Below are positions 10,741-20,029 of a stretch of 64,000 nt of DNA, one piece after another. Every line of letters starts with the position of its first letter. Positions within the stretch are counted from its first letter, which is position 1. Source of the stretch: an uncultured Planctomycetota bacterium (lineage in GTDB: Bacteria > Planctomycetota > Planctomycetia > Gemmatales > Gemmataceae). The stretch is from the NCBI GenBank assembly GCA_963849325.1, contig CAWKHF010000012.1, positions 1,408,001-1,472,000 on the forward strand, written 5' to 3'. Below the pieces are notes generated by a model. It was not told the origin of the DNA. It did not search any database and was given only the letters and a program-made list of their open reading frames with translations. The position numbers and the translations under genes are program-made.

Positions 10741-10818
10741 TGACACCAAGAGCCTTATGACGGTTAGGGCGGCCGGGCAGGTGCCAGTCTATCCCATTCC
10801 GATTAGCGGAGATCGGGC

Positions 10819-10846
10819 TTGACGGCAACTAGCGGCCTGATATACT
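10819..10846 (+). promoter_or_regulatory. Putative sigma70 promoter
   Basis: TTGACG-N16-TATACT with an extended -10 TG, ~55 bp upstream of the ATG at 10902. Confidence 0.5.
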
Positions 10847-10901
10847 CAATTGACAGGAGTAATCATAATAAAAGAGCAACCACGATTTTGAGGATTTAGC
10901 C

Positions 10902-11510
10902 ATGAGTCAAGCGAATCTGAATCGCCTCCGGGATGATCTTGAGATAATGAAGCAAGCGGCCGGTGTGGACCTGCCGTTCGGACGCGAAGATGTCCGTGCC
11001 TCTCTCTGGTGCGCGCTCTGCGGCGTATTGGTTTCTACCTGGGCCTTGCTGGGGCCTTGGGAGTACCGGTGGATAGTGGCTATTCCCCTGACGCTCGCCG
11101 TCCTCGGCGGGGTCCAGGCATACCGACGAGCACACCGCGAGCGCGGAGGGGAGCCAGTCCGCTGGCGCGAGCATCGGCTTTCGGGAACTGCTGCACTGGT
11201 CGCAGTGCCGCTCGCGATTGCCTACATGCAATGGGAGCGACAAGTCGGCGTGCCGCGGCAGTTTGTCGGGGTGGCCTCGGTGTTCTTTGTGGGCGTGGGC
11301 CTCCTCATCTTCGCGGTACTGGATCGGCGTCGGCGTCCCTATGCGGGAGGAGCAATCCCCTTAATGGCATTTGCCGTCGCTATCCCGCTCTGCTCCCCGA
11401 CTCAAGTGGTGTTCGCGGCCGGGCTATGCTGGACGGTTGGTGGAAGTGCAACCGCGGGGCTACAGTCTTGGCAACTACGCAGAGGCTCAAACAATCATGA
11501 CGCCAATTGA
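10902..11510 (+). CDS. Hypothetical multi-pass membrane protein
   Basis: About six hydrophobic segments and a GAGGA RBS. It overlaps the next gene. Confidence 0.7.
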   Translation: MSQANLNRLRDDLEIMKQAAGVDLPFGREDVRASLWCALCGVLVSTWALLGPWEYRWIVAIPLTLAVLGGVQAYRRAHRERGGEPVRWREHRLSGTAALVAVPLAIAYMQWERQVGVPRQFVGVASVFFVGVGLLIFAVLDRRRRPYAGGAIPLMAFAVAIPLCSPTQVVFAAGLCWTVGGSATAGLQSWQLRRGSNNHDAN

Positions 11511-11808
11511 TTTCAACGGCTTGGACACGGCCGTTCACGGACCGGTTCGGTTGGGCATCCTAACCGCCTTGCACTTGGACGGTTCCCTCGACTTCACGAC
11601 GCTTAAGAAACGACTCAACGTCGCGGACGGGGCATTGGGATTGCATTTGGCCAAACTTGAGGAGATCGGTTACGTCATCTGTAGCAAGGCTTTCGTCGGG
11701 CGCCGTCCGCGGAGCACATATCGCCTTACCCCGCGTGGACGAAAGGCCTTCGCGGCTTACCTAGACGCCATGCAGCGACTGATTGACGCGGTGAATCGAC
11801 AGCCCTAA
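11497..11808 (+). CDS. Small winged-helix transcriptional regulator (HTH_34/ArsR-like)
   Basis: 'LDTAVHGPVRLGILTAL...DFTTLK...DGALGLHLAKLEEIGYV...KAFVGRRPRSTYRLTPRGRKAF'. Confidence 0.88.
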   Translation: MTPIDFNGLDTAVHGPVRLGILTALHLDGSLDFTTLKKRLNVADGALGLHLAKLEEIGYVICSKAFVGRRPRSTYRLTPRGRKAFAAYLDAMQRLIDAVNRQP

Positions 11809-11816
11809 CAACTGAT

Positions 11817-11965
11817 TAGATCGCGCACGTGCGCGATCTAGCACGGCCGCTGCGCGACCTAACACGGGCCTGCGCGATCTAGCACGGCTGTTGCGCGACC
11901 TAGCACGGGCCTGCGCGATCTAGCAAGAGGCTGCGCAATCTAGCAAGAGGCTGCGCGACCTAGCA
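11817..11965. repeat. Tandem array of seven 20-21 bp units (core TGCGCGA[T/C]CTAGCA) headed by a 24-bp perfect palindrome
   Basis: Units start at 11830, 11851, 11871, 11892, 11912, 11932 and 11952. Palindrome TAGATCGCGCACGTGCGCGATCTA at 11817-11840. Confidence 0.92.
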
Positions 11966-12032
11966 ACGCTCTCCTTATCTATCAGCAATGTTGCGCAACA
12001 GTCAAGAAAAAAACTCCCCTTTGAGACTTTTC

Positions 12033-12929
12033 CTACCTCGATGGGCGTGTTTGAATGGCCGTCCGGATAAGAGTCAGAATCTCTTCACGCTCCGGACCGA
12101 CCAGCGGTAGTCGCGGCGCACGCACCATCTCGGAACCCAGTCCCGTCTCGCTCATGGCCAGCTTGATGTATTGCACCAGCTTGACGTGCGTGTCCAGATG
12201 CAGCAGCGGAGCGTACCAGCGGTACAGCTGGACCGCCTCGGCGTAGCGGCCGGCGGTCGCCAGATCCCAGAGCAGACGGTTTTCGTCGGGAAAGGCGTTG
12301 ACCAGGCCGGACACCCAGCCGACCGCGCCGAGCAGCACGCTCTCCAGTACCAGATCATCGACGCCGCAGAAGAGCAGGTAACGATCGCCGCAGCGGTTTT
12401 TCAAGTCGGTGATGCGGCGAACGTTCTCCGACGATTCCTTGATGGCGACGAACTTCGGCTCGTCGGCCAGCTCGGCGAACATCGGCGGCGTGATGTCCAC
12501 GCCGTAGGAGACGGGATTGTTGTAGCAGAGGATCGGCAAATCGGTGGCGGCGGCCACGGCGCGGAAGTGGATCAGGGTCTCGCGCGGGTCGGATTTGTAG
12601 ACCATCGCCGGCAGGACCATGAGGCCGTCGGCGCCGGCCGCGCGAGCCTCGGCGGCGAAGCGGCACGCCAGGGCCGTGCTGCACTCGGCCACACCGGCGA
12701 GCACGGGGACGCGGCTACCGACCTGGCGAACCGCCGTTCGCAGCACCTCCAGCTTCTCGGCGTACTCCAGCGAGCCATTCTCCCCGACGGTGCCGAGCAT
12801 GATGATCCCGTGAACGCCGGCTCGCAGCAGCGTCTCGACGTGGCGGGAGGTGGCGGCCAGGTCCAGGGATTGATCGTCATGAAACTGCGTCGTCACGGCG
12901 GGGAAGACGCCGTGCCAGGTAACCTTCAT
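12033..12929 (-). CDS. Dihydrodipicolinate synthase family protein, probably pyrroline-4-hydroxy-2-carboxylate deaminase type
   Basis: DapA fold motifs 'GTVGE', 'YNNP' and 'AIKESS'. '[12 protein letters not shown]' and 'KLVQYIKLA' fit the hydroxyproline-pathway subfamily. Confidence 0.8.
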   Translation of the reverse strand: MKVTWHGVFPAVTTQFHDDQSLDLAATSRHVETLLRAGVHGIIMLGTVGENGSLEYAEKLEVLRTAVRQVGSRVPVLAGVAECSTALACRFAAEARAAGADGLMVLPAMVYKSDPRETLIHFRAVAAATDLPILCYNNPVSYGVDITPPMFAELADEPKFVAIKESSENVRRITDLKNRCGDRYLLFCGVDDLVLESVLLGAVGWVSGLVNAFPDENRLLWDLATAGRYAEAVQLYRWYAPLLHLDTHVKLVQYIKLAMSETGLGSEMVRAPRLPLVGPEREEILTLIRTAIQTRPSR

Positions 12930-14032
12930 GGAACGACCTCCAGCACCGGCTCGCCGAGTACGTCCCAGCGCGGAGTGATGCCCAGGCCGGGAGCGGTCGA
13001 TGCCGCCATGCGGCCGTTGACGCGCCGCGGCGCTCCCTCGGCGATGGAGACGGTCACATAGCTATTGAAGTCGGTGGCGGTGAACAGGAACTCGGGCGGC
13101 GTGCTGTGCGCCAGGTGAGCGATGGCGGCGGTAACGATGTCTCCGCCCCAGGAGTCTTCCAGCGTCATGGCGACGCCCAACGATACGCACAGGTCGCGCG
13201 CCTGCTTCGCTCGCGTCAGTCCGCCGAACTTGCTGATCTTGATGTTGACCACGTCCATGGCCCGATCCGCGTGTCCGCGCAGCAGCACATGGACCGAGTC
13301 GATCACCTCGTCGAGTACGAAGGGGTGATCGGTGTGGCGGCGAACCGACAGGCACTCCTCGTAAGTCAGACACGGTTGCTCGATGTAAACGTCCACGTCG
13401 CGCACGGCGCGGACGACACGCATGGCGTCGTGCATCCGCCAGCCGGTGTTGGCGTCGGCGATCAAGCGATCCCCGCGACGGAGCTGTTCGGCCACGGCGC
13501 GGATGCGATCGATGTCCTCCGCCGGATCGCCGCCCACCTTGAGCTGAAAGCGATGGTAGCCTTCCGCTCGGTAGTCGGCCACCCGGCTCGCCATGACCTG
13601 CGGAGGTTCCTGCGAGATCGCCCGGTACAGGCCGAAATCGTCGCCGTAGCGCCCGCCCAGGAGCGTGCAGACCGGCTGTCCCGTGGCCTGGCCGAGGATG
13701 TCCCAGCAGGCCATGTCGAGGCCCGACTTGACGTAGGCGTGACCCTTCAGGGCGGCATCCATGCGGCGGTTCAGCTTCTCCAGTTGCCGCGGGTCTTCGC
13801 CGAGGAGATGCGGCCCCAACTCGGCGATACCGGCGCGGACGCCCTGGGCGTAGGCGGGCAGATAAAACGGGCCGAGCGGGCAAACTTCGCCGAAGCCGGT
13901 GAGTCCGGAATCGGTCTCGACCTGGACCACCGTGCTGTCGAACACCGTGACCGACTTGCCTCCGGACCACTTGTAGCTGCCCTCGTGCAAGGGCAGCTCC
14001 ACGCGGTAGGCGCGGATGCGATTGATCCGCAT
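12926..14032 (-). CDS. Enolase-superfamily (mandelate racemase/MLE) enzyme, probably cis-3-hydroxy-L-proline dehydratase type
   Basis: 'QLKVG', metal ligands in 'DAN', 'EQP' and 'LDE', plus 'EDSWGGD'. Translationally coupled to the DapA-like gene. Confidence 0.78.
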   Translation of the reverse strand: MRINRIRAYRVELPLHEGSYKWSGGKSVTVFDSTVVQVETDSGLTGFGEVCPLGPFYLPAYAQGVRAGIAELGPHLLGEDPRQLEKLNRRMDAALKGHAYVKSGLDMACWDILGQATGQPVCTLLGGRYGDDFGLYRAISQEPPQVMASRVADYRAEGYHRFQLKVGGDPAEDIDRIRAVAEQLRRGDRLIADANTGWRMHDAMRVVRAVRDVDVYIEQPCLTYEECLSVRRHTDHPFVLDEVIDSVHVLLRGHADRAMDVVNIKISKFGGLTRAKQARDLCVSLGVAMTLEDSWGGDIVTAAIAHLAHSTPPEFLFTATDFNSYVTVSIAEGAPRRVNGRMAASTAPGLGITPRWDVLGEPVLEVVP

Positions 14033-14044
14033 GGGGTGTTCTCC

Positions 14045-15622
14045 TTACCGCAGCGGCACGTCCTTGAGGAGGAACGGAATATCAACGGCCACCTGCTTGC
14101 GGCCGAGGTAGACGACCTTGGCCGGCTCGCCCTGGTCCTTGCCCGGCTGGCAGATGAGGGTGTAAATCATGGTGAAGGATTGGCCCCCGCCGGGCAACTC
14201 CTGTCTACGAACCATTAGCGGTCCCAACTGCAAGGGCAGCGCCTTGTCCTTGTCATCGCGGACGCTCAGGCCGTTGACCGGACCCACGAAGATGATGGGG
14301 ACGCCGGGCCCGACGGGGCCGCCGATCCGTACACGACCCTGCACCGGCACCGCCGGAGCTTGCGCCGGCGGTGCCCTCGGCGCCGCCGGCACGGGAGGAG
14401 GCGGAGGAGGGAGCGCTGGGCCGGGCGGCGGGACAGGGGCGCCCGCCGGCACGGCCATCAGCGGCGCCGCCGGTATCGCGTTAAGAAACGGCCTCAACTC
14501 CAGCTCGATGATCGTCCGCTTCTGCTCGTCGGTCCTCACCCGCACGATCTTGATCGCGCCGTCCTCGTCGCCCTTGAAGGTCTTGCCGATCGCCTTGGCA
14601 AGGTTGTCGGCCACGATCATCGGCGTAGCCTCGGACAGCACCTGGGCCGAGAGGACGCCCTTGAGGAGTTTGAGCGTTTTGGCGGCCTTGTCGCCCTTCC
14701 TGAGCTGGAGAGGCACCTGCTGCGAGGCGCCGGTCCACAACATCATCCCCGGAGCGAAGACGCCGCCACCGACGCCGGGTGGGCCGGCCGGAACCTGTGG
14801 CGTAATCTGCGTCAGGATCTGGCCCCGATCATCCAGCGCCTTGTCGATGCGAACCGACTGGAGACCCTGCCATTGCAGCTTCGGCTCGGGCGTGACTTCC
14901 AGGGCGAGAATACTTTCCCCTGGAGGGACGGGGCCGAACACGTCCGCCCGAGGCAGGACGCGGACGCGCACGGCGCTGCCGTCGTCGCTGGGCAGCTTGC
15001 GAGACTTGCCGGCCTTGAGAGGGATCACGCCGGGCGGATTTATCAGGAGGGGCCGACCACCGGGTACGGCAGGTGCGGCGCCCGGCGCCGCTGGCATGAG
15101 CACGCCCTGGGCCGTCGCCTCAACCAGATCGGCCTTCTCGCATAGCAACGCCAAGGCGCGCCAGAACGTCGTTTCGCCTGTGTCGAGTGTTACCTTGCCC
15201 TCCTTGCGTTCGCCTTCCGGGGGCATCAGGAAAAGGTTGTAGCCGCTCTTCTTCTGCAGCTGGGCGACGGCCTCGCTCACCGGCGTATCCGTGCAAACCA
15301 AGCGGAGACGCTTCGGGGCCAGCACCTTGGCGCTCTCGGCCTGTTTCTCAATCTTCTTGACCAACTCTTCCGCCCGCCGCTTGACCTCGGCGTCGTCGCT
15401 CCGCGCCGCCTTGCGCAAGGCTCCCAGGGCCGGCACACCGATGGCGTCCAGTTCCTTCGTCGCCTTCTCGCGCTCGGTGAAGGTGCCGCTGCCCACCTGT
15501 TCGATGAGCCGGTCAATCCGCTCGGCGCTGACGGCCTCGCTGCTTGGACTCGGCAAGGCGCCGAGCAGGAATACACCCAGGATAACCAGCAGGGCCAACG
15601 GTAAATATCGGCTGCGTATCAC
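14045..15622 (-). CDS. Secreted HEAT-repeat, proline-rich hypothetical protein
   Basis: AAGGAGG RBS with a GTG start, signal peptide, N-terminal HEAT motif 'EREKATKELDAIGVPALGALRKAARSDDAEVKRRA' and Pro-rich linkers. Confidence 0.7.
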   Translation of the reverse strand: MIRSRYLPLALLVILGVFLLGALPSPSSEAVSAERIDRLIEQVGSGTFTEREKATKELDAIGVPALGALRKAARSDDAEVKRRAEELVKKIEKQAESAKVLAPKRLRLVCTDTPVSEAVAQLQKKSGYNLFLMPPEGERKEGKVTLDTGETTFWRALALLCEKADLVEATAQGVLMPAAPGAAPAVPGGRPLLINPPGVIPLKAGKSRKLPSDDGSAVRVRVLPRADVFGPVPPGESILALEVTPEPKLQWQGLQSVRIDKALDDRGQILTQITPQVPAGPPGVGGGVFAPGMMLWTGASQQVPLQLRKGDKAAKTLKLLKGVLSAQVLSEATPMIVADNLAKAIGKTFKGDEDGAIKIVRVRTDEQKRTIIELELRPFLNAIPAAPLMAVPAGAPVPPPGPALPPPPPPVPAAPRAPPAQAPAVPVQGRVRIGGPVGPGVPIIFVGPVNGLSVRDDKDKALPLQLGPLMVRRQELPGGGQSFTMIYTLICQPGKDQGEPAKVVYLGRKQVAVDIPFLLKDVPLR

Positions 15623-15800
15623 ATTGACCTCCTTGCAAGAAGGCCCGAGGGCCGGAGACATCCAACATGCCTTATCCTCGCGCGATCGCATCGTACCAAT
15701 CCGACGGCGTGGCGGCTATCCATTTCGGAGGACGGAGGAGAGGCAGGTCGGGGACACGACCCGGACGAAGAGCGCATCGCGGCGAAATGGAGAACGGATT

Positions 15801-15864
15801 GTTTAGCCGCGACGCGCAGCGGAGCGCGGGTTCTCCCGCGCTCCGCTGCGCGTCGCGGCTAAAC
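15801..15864. repeat. Palindrome family A, copy 2 (loop GGTTCTCC)
   Basis: Identical 28-bp arms. Confidence 0.95.
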
Positions 15865-15888
15865 GAGGAATGGGTTGATCGGTCCTTG

Positions 15889-17231
15889 TCACGCCAGCAG
15901 CTTGTCGATGACGCGGCCTTCGCGGAACAGCTGAATCGGCCGGCCCGTCGAGGTCGTCAGCTCCTGGTGCGGGTCGATGCCCAGGCAGTGGAAGATCGTG
16001 GCCGACACGTCGTCCGGCGTACACGGCTCGGTGGCCGGGGCCATGCCCTGAGCGTCGGTGGTGCCGTGGGCGTAGCCGCGCTTGAAGCCGCCGCCGGCCA
16101 GCACCACCGCCATCGACCGCGCCCAGTGGTCGCGGCCGGCGTTCTTGTTGATCTTCGGCGTCCGGCCGAACTCGCCGGCGCAGTACACGATCGTCCGATC
16201 GAGCATGCCGCGGTCGGTCAGGTCCTCGATCAGGGCCGACAGCGTCTGATCGAGCTGTCGGCAGCAGTCGCTTCGACAGGGCGTCGAAGTTCTTGCCGTG
16301 CGTGTCCCAGCCGCCGAGGCTGATGGTGACGAAGCGAACGCCGGCCTCGACCAGCCGCCGGGCCGCCAGACGCGCCCTGGCCGAACGCGCTGCGTGCCGT
16401 AGCGGTCGCGCAGCGCCTGCGTCTCCTGCGTCGAGGTCGAACGCCTTCTTGGTCCTGTCGGAGCGCAGGATCTCCAGGGCTTGCTTGTGGAAGGTGTCGA
16501 GGCCGTCGACGAGGTCGGCGGACTGGTCGACCGCGCGGAAGGTCTCGTCGAAGCCCTTGAGGAGCTTGTCGCGGTTGTTCCAGCTCGTCGAGGCGTGAAG
16601 CCGTTGGGCAGCTGGATGCCGCGGACGCGGCAGTCGAGCCTTGCCGCCCTTGCCGCCGGCGTTGCCCTCGATGACGAACGGGTTGTAGGCGGTGCCGAGG
16701 TAGCCGGCCGCGCTGCCGCTGCGGCATGTCGCCGAAGCTGACGTAGGGCGGCACGCCCTTCTCGGCCGGCAGCAGCTTGCGTCGTCAGCGAGCCGAGCGA
16801 CGGATACTGCAGCGCCGGCGTCGGCTTGTTGCCGGTCGTCATGAAGACGCGTGGCCGGCCCGTGCGCCGGGATGGTGTGGTCCAGCGAGCGGACGATGGC
16901 GATCTTGTCCGCCGACTTGCGCCATCTTCGGCAGGTGCTCGCTGATCTGCACGCCGTTCGCCTTGGTGGGGATCGGCTTGAACTCGCCGCGGACGCCTTC
17001 GGGGGCGTTCGGTCTTGAGGTCCCACATGTCGATGGTGGCCGGCCCGCCGCCCAGCCAGAGCATGATGACCGCGTTGGCCCGCCGCTTCTGCTTTTGCGG
17101 AGCGGGGGCCGACCTGCGCCTCCAGGCGCAGCAGCTGCGGCAGCGTCAGGCCGAACAGGCCGGCCGGCGCCGATCTTGAGGAAGTCGCGGCGATGGAACC
17201 CTTCGCAGTCCGTGCCAAATGGTCGTGTCAT
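15889..17231 (-). CDS. DUF1501 family protein (many frameshifts, probably sequence errors)
   Basis: 'FHRRDFLKIG', 'WLGGGPATIDMWD', 'GGWDTH' and 'GEFGRTPKIN..AGRDHW' are spread across three frames. Confidence 0.85.
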
Positions 17232-17302
17232 GATGCGATCCTTTCAATCGCCCTGAACCCCCCAGCGTCCGTCCTCTCAGGGCAGCGTGAACGGACACGC
17301 CA

Positions 17303-19731
17303 TTAGTGATTGAAAATGAACTCGTTCGTGTTGATCAGCGCCCACAGCGTATCGAGGAAGACCGCTTGCCGGTCCTTGCCGCGCGTGCGGTAGTCGGCGA
17401 ACCACGACCGCTCTTTCGCGTCGGCGGGCGGGACAACGTAGCGAGGAACAGTTCGTCAAGCGCCTTGTCGTCGTCCTTCTCGGCGGCCAGCAGTTTGCGA
17501 ACGCGGCCCTGCGGCGACTGCATTTTCTGCTGAATCGACGGGTCGGCCATCAGGAACAGCTTCTGCGGCAGGCCCGGCTCCATGGCGCGCTCGCAGTCGC
17601 AGGCCGTCGTGCGCGGCGGCCGGCCGAAGATGCGGAAGGCGTAGTTGACCGAGCCGTTCTGCAAGCGGCTGGCGCCGACCTCGATGGCCCGACTGCCGGC
17701 CGGCATCTCCGCGCCGAACTTCTCCGTCGCCCCCAGCGCCGCGTTCAGCACGTCGACCACGACCTCGGCCATCATCGGCCGAACGTAGCTGTGCGAGTAG
17801 TTCGTCCGGTCGAGGCGGTTCGTCTCGTTGGACGCCGAACGTCAGCTGGTAGGTCCGCGACAGTGAGGATGCGTGCGCTCCAGCTGGCGGATGTCGTACT
17901 TGCCGGCGACGAAGTCCTTGGCCAGGGCGTCGAGCAGCTTGTCGTTGGACGGCGGGTTGGCCAGCGAGAAGTCGTCCACCGGATGGACGATGCCGACGCC
18001 GAAGTAGTGGCCCCAGACGCGGTTGACGAAGCTGCGGGCGAAGAACGGATTGTCCGCCGCGTGCATCCAGTCGAACAGGGCGACGCGCGGGTCCTTGCCG
18101 TTCTCGACCGGCGATGTCCGGGCCGCCCAGCGCCTTGCGGCGTCAGCGGCTGCTTCGTGTCGGGGTCGGTCAGCGGCCTGGCCGTCGTGCCGGTGGCGCG
18201 GACGTAGACCTCGCGCAGCGGCGTCAGTTGCACGTTCTTCTTGCCGTCGCTCCGGCGCTTGTTCCGCTCGGCGTTCTCGGTGCGGAACAGCTTCTGCGAC
18301 TCCGGCGAGACGCCGAAGTCCAGCCGGGCGAAGACGTTGGCGTAGGCGCGATAGTCGGCCTGCGTCCAGCGGTCGAAGGGGTGCTTGTGGCACTGGGCGC
18401 ATTCGAGGCGGACGCCGAGGAACGCGGCCGCCGTCTTCTCGCCCCACTGCTCGATCGGCACGCTGCTGCTGCCGCCGCCAGAACAGGTCGAGCGTCGGCC
18501 GATCGGCGTAGACGGTCGTCGCAACCCTTGTCGATCGGCCTCGCTGTTCCTTGACCTGCTTGACGTACTCCTCCGGCGTTATGCCGTCGCGGCTGGTGGC
18601 GCACAGGACGCCGTGGACGATCTCGTCGTAGGGCATGTTGTCGGCGAGGCGCTTGCGGAACCAGTCGTGCCACATCTGGCTGAGCTTGCGCCCGGCGCTG
18701 CTGCGGGTTCTCCAGCGCGTCGGTGTTGTTGCCGGTGATGTCGCAGAACTTCGTCGCCCACAGGGCGGCGTGCAGCGGATGGGCGAGCAGCTCGTCGATC
18801 TTGCGCGCTGCGCTTGTCGGGTCGCGTGTCGGCGAGGAAGTCGCGCACTTCCTGCGGCGTCGGCAGCGAGCCGATGGTGTCGATGGTCACGCGGCGGAGG
18901 AACTCGGCGTCGCCGGACAGGTCCGACGGCACCATGTTGAGCCGCCGCAGCTTGGCGAAGACTTCGTGGTCGATGTAGTTGACCTCGGGCACGTCGGGGT
19001 AGCTGAAGCCCGGCGTCGGCCTCGACCGGCACCAGGACGCGCACCGGCAGGACGTTGCCGCGATAGGAGACGATGACGGCGGTGTCGCCGGGCCGCACGG
19101 CCCTGAAGCCGGCCCAGCGGCGTCGACCTCGACGACGGCCTCGTCGTTGGTGCGGAAGTCGCACAGCGGCGTGATCGTCTTCCGTCGTGCCGTCGGCGAA
19201 GGTCGCCTCGACCTGGAGCTGGCCGCTCTGGCCGGGCTTGGCGAAGGCATATTCCGGAGGCGTAAATGGTGATGTTGGCGAACGTCGCCGCTGCCCTTGT
19301 GCCAGCGGGCGCCCTGCGCGATCCAGTGCGCGGAGCAGTTGATACGCCCAGGAATCGCTTGCCGAAGCGCGTCTGTCCGCTCGTGCGGCACCTGGCCGGT
19401 CGCCTTGAGCAGGAGCAGGCTGGTGTCGGGGTCGGCGCGGTTGAGGCGGCGGCCCTCGATGTCGCGGCGTGAGGGCGAGGTAGTCCTTCTCCGGATCGTA
19501 GCCGAACAGCGACAGGCGGAAGCCGCCTTTGCCCTGGAACGAGCCGTGGCAGGAGCCGGAGTTGCAGCCCATGCGGCCGAACACGCCCATGACGTGGCGC
19601 TCGAAATCGACCTTCTCGACCGTCTCGCCGCCGGGCAGCTTGATGCCGGCACAGGGGGCGGGGCCGATGAAGCCGAGCAGGCCGGCCAGGACGAAAGTGG
19701 GGCCGAATCGGGTGATGCAGGCAGTGTGCAT
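17303..19731 (-). CDS. DUF1549/DUF1553 protein with N-terminal cytochrome-like and Ig-like parts (many frameshifts)
   Basis: 'GCNSGSCHG..QGKGGFRLSLFGYD', 'FLRRVTIDTIGSLPT', 'CAQCHKHPFDRWTQ', 'FVNRVWGHYFG' and a terminal 'EFIFNH' occur in different frames. Confidence 0.85.
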
Positions 19732-20029
19732 TCCTCGATCCTCCAGAGAAACGACCTCCTCTGTCGCAGAGGAGAGCACAGGAAGGTTCAGGCAGGCGGG
19801 CAGGCAGGAAAGACCGCGTACGGTGCGGCGGGGATTTAACCACGAACTAACGTGAAAGTATCGCATGGGGAGACCGATTGCAAGCAATTTCTCGATGCGG
19901 CACAAGACCTTTCGGACCCCTGCCTTCTTCGTCCGCCCTTGTTTTGCTTGACACCCCGCATGTCGGAGGGGTACGGTGAACCTCGGCCAATGAGGTATTG
20001 CGCGATCGGAAGGCGATGGAGGATCGGTC

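Larger units (their letters stand above)
9564..10760 (+). mobile_element. 5'-truncated IS110/IS1111-type element with a long 3' non-coding end
   Basis: Transposase remnant plus structured downstream sequence ending near an outward TTGACA (10741-10746), as expected at IS110 right ends. The exact right boundary is inferred. Confidence 0.6.

Noticed and set aside
10263-10828. Short ORFs downstream of the IS110 remnant
   Set aside because: No RBS, codon bias or motifs; better explained as structured non-coding sequence.
11830-11965. Possible CRISPR array
   Set aside because: The period is only 20-21 bp with 6-7 bp linkers, some of them repeated, and there are no cas genes.
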